Below are positions 59,340 to 64,000 of a stretch of 64,000 bases of DNA, in pieces. Position numbers and translations under genes: made by a program. Source of the DNA: Actinomycetes bacterium (GTDB taxonomy: Bacteria; Actinomycetota; Actinomycetes; JAWWOW01). The stretch spans positions 358,770 to 422,769 of the forward strand of contig JBJMHR010000013.1 in assembly GCA_045807285.1 (NCBI GenBank), given 5' to 3'. Under the pieces are notes generated by a model. That model was given only the letters and a program-made list of their open reading frames with translations. It ran no database searches and was not told the origin of the DNA. Every line of letters begins with the position of its first letter. Within the stretch, counting starts at the first letter, position 1.

Positions 59340-59365
59340 CCGTCGACTTGCTAGGGGTCGAGGCC

Positions 59366-59915
59366 CTACTTCGGGCTGCCGACGCCGAGGGCGCCGGTGA
59401 ACGTGACAGCTGTCACCGGGACCTTGGCGCAGTTCTGGGCAGTGGTGGTCGGCTTGAACACCACGTCACCGGCAACGGTGTCGCCGGGCTTGATGTTCGG
59501 GTCACTGCTCGACGTGGCCTTACCGGTGATGGCCTGGTTGGCCGTGACGCCCTTGGTCGTGACGGAGGCAGTCGTCGTCGTGCCGGTGCTCCAGTTGATG
59601 GTGGCCGTCAACACGAGGTTCCCGCTCGCGCAGCTCGCTGTGGCGTGGACCGGGTTAGGGGACGTGCTCACGGAACCGGAGTACGCCTTCGGGACGCCGG
59701 GGGTCCCGGAGTTGCCACCGTGGCAGTTGGTCAGCCGGACGCCGGAGAGCGTGATGCTCTGCGGCTTGGGTGGCCCCCAGCCCTGGGCTGATCGTCGCCG
59801 AGCCGGCGAGCTGGCACTCAGCACCTCGTGGCGTCGCGTGCGCGGGTGTGAGGGTCGCCAGCGCGGCAATAGCCGCCGCGGCAAACGCTCCTGGGACGAC
59901 GAGACGTCGACTCAT
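59366..59915 (-). pseudogene. Secreted Thr/Ser-rich small protein, frameshifted at a G5 run (about 59775-59785)
   Basis: Signal peptide MSRRLVVPGAFAAAAIAALATLTPAHA is in ORF 59655..59915; the coherent mature part (GVRLTNCHGGNSGTPGVPKAYSG...TAVTFTGALGVGSPK) is in ORF 59366..59884 in another frame; the switch is at GGGGGCC. Confidence 0.4.
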
Positions 59916-60139
59916 GCACTTTCTCCATTCCTGGACAGGGGGCTAGGCGTGCACGCCTGACCCGGGGTGGGCTCGCGCGCACTCTTCGCCGTACCGGCCC
60001 AACCTCCTGCCTCGCCCACACGAACAACTCCGACTCCGGGCCGCCACGGCCGCCGAACAGGACGAACCGGCACGAACCGTCGCGACAGTCGGACCGCCGC
60101 GGGTCCGCGCGGGAGATAACGTCCGCTTTGGAGGTCGAT

Positions 60140-61083
60140 GTGCAGACAGCGTTCACGCGGCTCGTCGGTTGCCGCCATCCCTTACAGCAAGCCGCGATGG
60201 GTGGAGTCGCAACGCCTGAGCTCGCGAGCGCGGTGGCGAGCGCCGGCGCCCTCGGCATGTTGTGCGAGTACGACGTAATGCCGGCGGCGGCCCGGATGGA
60301 CCGCGCGCTCGAGCTGGCCGGTGATGGTCGCGTCGGCATGGGCTTTTTCGGTCACTGGATCGACGGGAACCTCGCGACGTTCGAGCTCGCCGCCCACAGG
60401 ATGCACGTCGTCGAGGTGTTCTGGAGCAAACCCGAGCGCCTCTCGTCGAGCGCGCGCGCCGCAACGGAACGGCGCTCATGGCCTGGCAGGTCGGCTCGGT
60501 TGATGACGCGAAGGCAGCCGAAGATGCGGGTTGCGACTTCGTGGTCGTCCAGGGCGTTGAAGCCGGCGGTCATGTGTATGGCACGGTGCAGCGCGATCGG
60601 TTGCTCGCCGGCGCCATCGAGGCGGTGTCAATCCCCGTCGTGGCCGCCGGGGGCATCGGAACGGCTAGCGACCTGGCCGGTGTGATCGCAGCAGGTGCAG
60701 CTGCTGCGCGTGTGGGGACGCGCTTCGTCGCGACCGTCGAGTCGAGCGCGCATCCCGATTACGTCGCGGCCTTGGTGGCCGCGGCATCCGAGGACGACAC
60801 GGTGCTCACGACCGCCTTCGCCCTCGGCTGGCCGGACGCACCGCATCGTGTGCTCCGTAGGTGCGTCGACAACGCCACCGCCCATGACGGTGACGTGGTC
60901 GGTTACGTCGTACAAGACGGCGAGCGCCACGCGGTGCCTCGATTCGCTGCATCTCCACCCACGAAGCAGACCGAGGGTGACATCTCCGCAATGGCGTTGT
61001 ACGCCGGAACCGGGGTCACGTCGGTCACGCGCATGCAGTCGGCCGGCGAGGTCGTCGCCGAGTTGGTGAGTGACCTCACCTGA
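60140..61083 (+). pseudogene. Nitronate monooxygenase (NMO/2-nitropropane dioxygenase family), frameshifted near 60440
   Basis: N-terminal part (VQTAFTRLVGCRHPLQQAAMGGVATPELASAVASAGALGML...) in ORF 60128..60685 and C-terminal part (PLVERARRNGTALMAWQVGSVDDAKAAEDAGCDFVVVQGVEAGGHV...) in ORF 60478..61083; GGAGG 5 nt before GTG 60140. Confidence 0.7.
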
Positions 61084-61111
61084 GCCCGGCGACGGCAGGC
61101 AGAATCGCAGG

Positions 61112-61606
61112 ATGGAAATCCGGCCGGCCGTCCTCGACGACCTCGAGGCCATCAACGAGATCTATTTCCACTACGTCGTCAACAGCCACGTCACGTTCGA
61201 CACGGAGCCGGCGCCGATGGGTGCGCGCGTCATGTGGTTCAACCGCTACCACCTCAACGGCCGGCACCGGATCTTCGTTGCCCACGACGGGGAACGCGTG
61301 GTCGGTTACGCGACGAGTGGCGAGTTCCGTGACAAAGGCGCTTACGACCCGTCGGTGGAGACGTCGGTCTACTTGCGACCCGACTGCACCGGACGTGGCG
61401 TCAGCATCTTGTTGTACGACGCGCTGTTCGCGGCCCTCGGAAGGGAGGACGTTCACCGCGCCTACGCCGGAATCGCGCTACCCAACGCGGCGTCGATCGC
61501 CCTGCACGAGCGCTTCGGGTTTCGTAAGGTCGCGCACTTCACCGAGGTCGGACGCAAGCTTGGGAAGTGGTGGGACGTCGCGTGGTACGAGCGGCCGATG
61601 GGCTAG
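61112..61606 (+). CDS. GNAT family N-acetyltransferase
   Basis: GNAT motifs A/B (RVVGYATSGEF...GRGVSILLYDALF). Confidence 0.8.
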   Translation: MEIRPAVLDDLEAINEIYFHYVVNSHVTFDTEPAPMGARVMWFNRYHLNGRHRIFVAHDGERVVGYATSGEFRDKGAYDPSVETSVYLRPDCTGRGVSILLYDALFAALGREDVHRAYAGIALPNAASIALHERFGFRKVAHFTEVGRKLGKWWDVAWYERPMG

Positions 61607-62389
61607 CCGCGCGGCGTACCGACCGTCGTGCGCATCCACGTCGAGCGGTACGCCGAAGCACGCCGACAGCGCAGTACCGATCAGTGTTTGCTCAATCGGG
61701 CCGGCGGCAATTACCCGGCCACCGTTGAGCATCAGCACATGAGTGAAACCGCGCGGGATCTCCTCCACGTGATGTGTGACGAGGACAGTCGTCGGGGCGA
61801 GCGAATCGGCCGCGATCCGGGACAACCGCATCACCAAGGCCTCTCGCGCCCCGAGGTCGAGGCCGGCAGCGGGCTCGTCTAGCAACAACAGCTCGGGATC
61901 GGGCATCATCGCGCGGGCGATCTGAACGCGCTTGCGTTCACCCTCCGACAACGTGCCGTAGCGCCGTTCCGCGAACGCGTCGCAGCCGAGGAACCGCAGC
62001 AGCCCGAGGGCGCGCTGCATGTCGACCTCGTCGTAGCGCTCCCGATGTCGTCGGGTGGTCGCGTACGTCGAGGTGAGAACGACGTCGAGTACCTTGCCGC
62101 GAGCCGGCAGTCGGTCGGCGAACGCCGCACTGGTCACGCCGATGCGCGGCCGCAGCTCGAACACGTCGACCTCGCCGAGTCGTTCGCCGAGCACTTCGAC
62201 AACTCCGCTCGTCGGATGTAACGCAGCGGCAGCGACCTGTAGCAACGTCGTCTTTCCGGCGCCATTAGGTCCGATGACGACCCAGCGTTCGCCGGCACGG
62301 ACGGTCCAATCAACACCGTCCAACAGACGCGCACGGTCACGCAGGACGGACACGCCGGAAAGGTGCACGACGGCGTCGTCCGGGACCAT
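61478..62389 (-). CDS. ABC transporter ATP-binding protein (iron-siderophore/cobalamin FecE-like class)
   Basis: Walker A GPNGAGKTT, signature LSEGERKR, Walker B LLLDEPAAGLD; 3-prime end runs about 129 nt into the convergent GNAT gene. Confidence 0.8.
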   Translation of the reverse strand: MVPDDAVVHLSGVSVLRDRARLLDGVDWTVRAGERWVVIGPNGAGKTTLLQVAAAALHPTSGVVEVLGERLGEVDVFELRPRIGVTSAAFADRLPARGKVLDVVLTSTYATTRRHRERYDEVDMQRALGLLRFLGCDAFAERRYGTLSEGERKRVQIARAMMPDPELLLLDEPAAGLDLGAREALVMRLSRIAADSLAPTTVLVTHHVEEIPRGFTHVLMLNGGRVIAAGPIEQTLIGTALSACFGVPLDVDAHDGRYAARLAHRPLVPRDVPPLPKLASDLGEVRDLTKPEALVQGDRRRVG

Positions 62390-62415
62390 CTATGCACGCT
62401 AACCGACGATGCGAG

Positions 62416-64000
62416 TCAAGAGTTGGCGGCGCTCCGGATCACCGAGCGGATCTGACGCAGCGCAACCGACAGCGTGGCAAGATCCGCCTGCGCATGGTCT
62501 CCGCTGTCAATGTCCGCGAGCAATTGGGCGGCTCGCTGCACCGATCCCGCGTTCTTCTCGATCCACTGAGTCAGCCGGTCGACCGTTGGTGACGCGGAAT
62601 CGGTGCTCGCCAAGACCTCGGCAGTGAGCGCTGCGTGTGCGCCGTACAGGTCATCACGCAGCGCCGCACGGGCGAGCGTGTGCCAGCGATCGTCACGCGG
62701 AAGCGCGTTGACGAGGTCGCGCAGGCGGCCGAGCGCCAACCGGTCTTCGATGGTGAAGTAGAGCTCGGCGACCTCCTCCACTGGTCGCCGCGAAGACGCG
62801 GAAACGTCGACGATGTCGAGAGCGGAGTACAGCGGCGTCAGCACGGCGAACTGTTCGGCGACGTCACCGGGCACACCGGCGTTGGCCAAGGTGGAGCAAC
62901 GCTCGTCGAAGGTCACGCGATCCGAGCCGGTCAACATGTCGGTGAGCTTGCCGGTCACGGCTTCCACCCCGGGCGCGAACGCCGCAATCGTCGGCTCGAC
63001 GTCGATCGGCGGCCGCCGGTTGTTGAGGAACCAGCGGCTGGCTCGTTCGACAAGCTGGCGGGCTTCCAAGAACATCGTCGTTTGCACGTCGGCCGCGATC
63101 ACGTTGTCGAGCGCCTCGACCGCTGCCCACGCGCGGTCCATGTCGAACACGTGCCACGCCACGGCGTGGGCGCGCGTCACCTCGACCACCGATGACCCGG
63201 TCTCCTCGCCCAAGCGCAGCAGGAAGGTAGTACCGGTGCGGTTGACCATGTGGTTGACCACCGCGGTCGCGACGATCTCGCGGCGAAGCCGGTGCCCGTC
63301 CATGTACTTGCGGTACCCGTCGCGCAGCGGATTCGGGAAGTACGTCTCCATCGCCGCTGCGAAGTAGGGCTCGTCCGGGAGGTCACTCGCGAGTACGTCA
63401 GCAGTGAGTGTGATCTTCCGGTAGGCCAGCAGCACCGCGAACTCGGGTGCGGTGAGCCCGGTGCCGGCTGCCTGCCGCGAGGCGATCTCATCCGACCCGG
63501 GCAACGACTCTAGCTCCCGGTCGAGATGGCCGTTGGCGACGAGCCAGTCGATCAGTCGCGCGTGCACATGCAGCATCTGCGGTGCCTGTGCGACCGCATT
63601 GCCAAGAGCAATCGTCTGCTCGTAGTTGTCGCGGAGCACGAGCGCGGCGACCTCGTCGGTCATCGACGCGAGCAGCTCATTGCGCTGGCCGCGACTCATC
63701 TCTCCGTTGCGAATGGCGTCGCCGAGCAGGATCTTGATGTTCACCTCGTGGTCGGACGTGTCGACGCCCGCCGAGTTGTCGATCGCGTCCGTGTAGATCA
63801 GCCCGCCGTGCTGCGCGTACTCCACGCGACCTTGTTGTGTGCAGCCGAGGTTGCCCCCCTCGCCCACAACCCGACAGCGAAGGTCGCGTCCGTTGACACG
63901 GACCGCGTCATTGGCCCGATCACCGACCTCTGCGTTCCTCTGAGAGGACGCCTTGACGTAAGTGCCGATGCCGCCGTTCCACAGCAGGTCGACCGGAGCC
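62416..64000 (-). CDS. gdh: NAD-specific glutamate dehydrogenase (large GdhB type), 3-prime portion; gene continues beyond window end
   Basis: VNGRDLRCRVVGEGGNLGCTQQGRVEYAQHGGLIYTDAIDNSAGVDTSDHEVNIKILL matches the conserved catalytic region of 180-kDa NAD-GDH; frame stays open to position 64000. Confidence 0.85.
   Translation of the reverse strand, partial: APVDLLWNGGIGTYVKASSQRNAEVGDRANDAVRVNGRDLRCRVVGEGGNLGCTQQGRVEYAQHGGLIYTDAIDNSAGVDTSDHEVNIKILLGDAIRNGEMSRGQRNELLASMTDEVAALVLRDNYEQTIALGNAVAQAPQMLHVHARLIDWLVANGHLDRELESLPGSDEIASRQAAGTGLTAPEFAVLLAYRKITLTADVLASDLPDEPYFAAAMETYFPNPLRDGYRKYMDGHRLRREIVATAVVNHMVNRTGTTFLLRLGEETGSSVVEVTRAHAVAWHVFDMDRAWAAVEALDNVIAADVQTTMFLEARQLVERASRWFLNNRRPPIDVEPTIAAFAPGVEAVTGKLTDMLTGSDRVTFDERCSTLANAGVPGDVAEQFAVLTPLYSALDIVDVSASSRRPVEEVAELYFTIEDRLALGRLRDLVNALPRDDRWHTLARAALRDDLYGAHAALTAEVLASTDSASPTVDRLTQWIEKNAGSVQRAAQLLADIDSGDHAQADLATLSVALRQIRSVIRSAANS

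Noticed and set aside
57699-59354. 551-aa plus-strand ORF
   Set aside because: Antisense to the BNR-repeat gene; Arg/Val-rich
59397-59960. 187-aa plus-strand hydrophobic ORF
   Set aside because: Antisense of a Thr/Gly-rich coding region (codon complementarity gives Val/Pro-rich pseudo-membrane sequence); the minus strand has a signal peptide

Overview
This is a 64-kb window of very GC-rich (about 70% GC) actinobacterial-type chromosome with dense coding on both strands, no rRNA or tRNA genes, no CRISPR arrays, and no recognisable IS elements, transposases or integrases. The core backbone is the conserved prfB-ftsE-ftsX-S41 peptidase-smpB cluster (42.3-47.1 kb) and, 4.4 kb away, a tmRNA gene (ssrA, minus strand, about 37963-38325). 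The remainder is accessory or metabolic:
- 1.9-5.7 kb: a ChsH2-ChsH1-Ltp2-SDR-MarR operon resembling the steroid side-chain hydratase/aldolase set.
- 6.4-10.4 kb: a secreted quinoprotein-like beta-propeller plus DUF1080 module, with an amidohydrolase-2 upstream.
- 14.6-24.9 kb: an eight-gene translationally coupled operon glf-GT-GH(propeller)-AKR-GH2-galT-galK-Zn-ADH.
- 25.1-29.6 kb: an ALDH-epimerase-Ada/AlkA-Ogt operon.
- 47.2-52.5 kb: an ABC transporter whose ATPase carries a cNMP-binding domain, next to a 1061-aa adenylate cyclase fused to a beta-propeller and a solute-binding domain.
- 52.6-57.1 kb: a Tad/Flp pilus locus lacking tadZ.
- 62.4 kb to the window edge: the 3-prime part of a large NAD-specific glutamate dehydrogenase.

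Patterns that are directly visible:
- A three-copy palindrome TTGAC-N3-GTCAA sits in three promoter regions next to two MarR genes.
- Sixteen gene junctions have 4-nt ATGA/GTGA/TTGA (or 1-3-nt TGATG-type) start/stop overlaps.
- At least four genes have clear frameshifts.
- One gene lacks a canonical start codon.

Many long Arg-rich ORFs in the six-frame track are antisense shadows and were not called.
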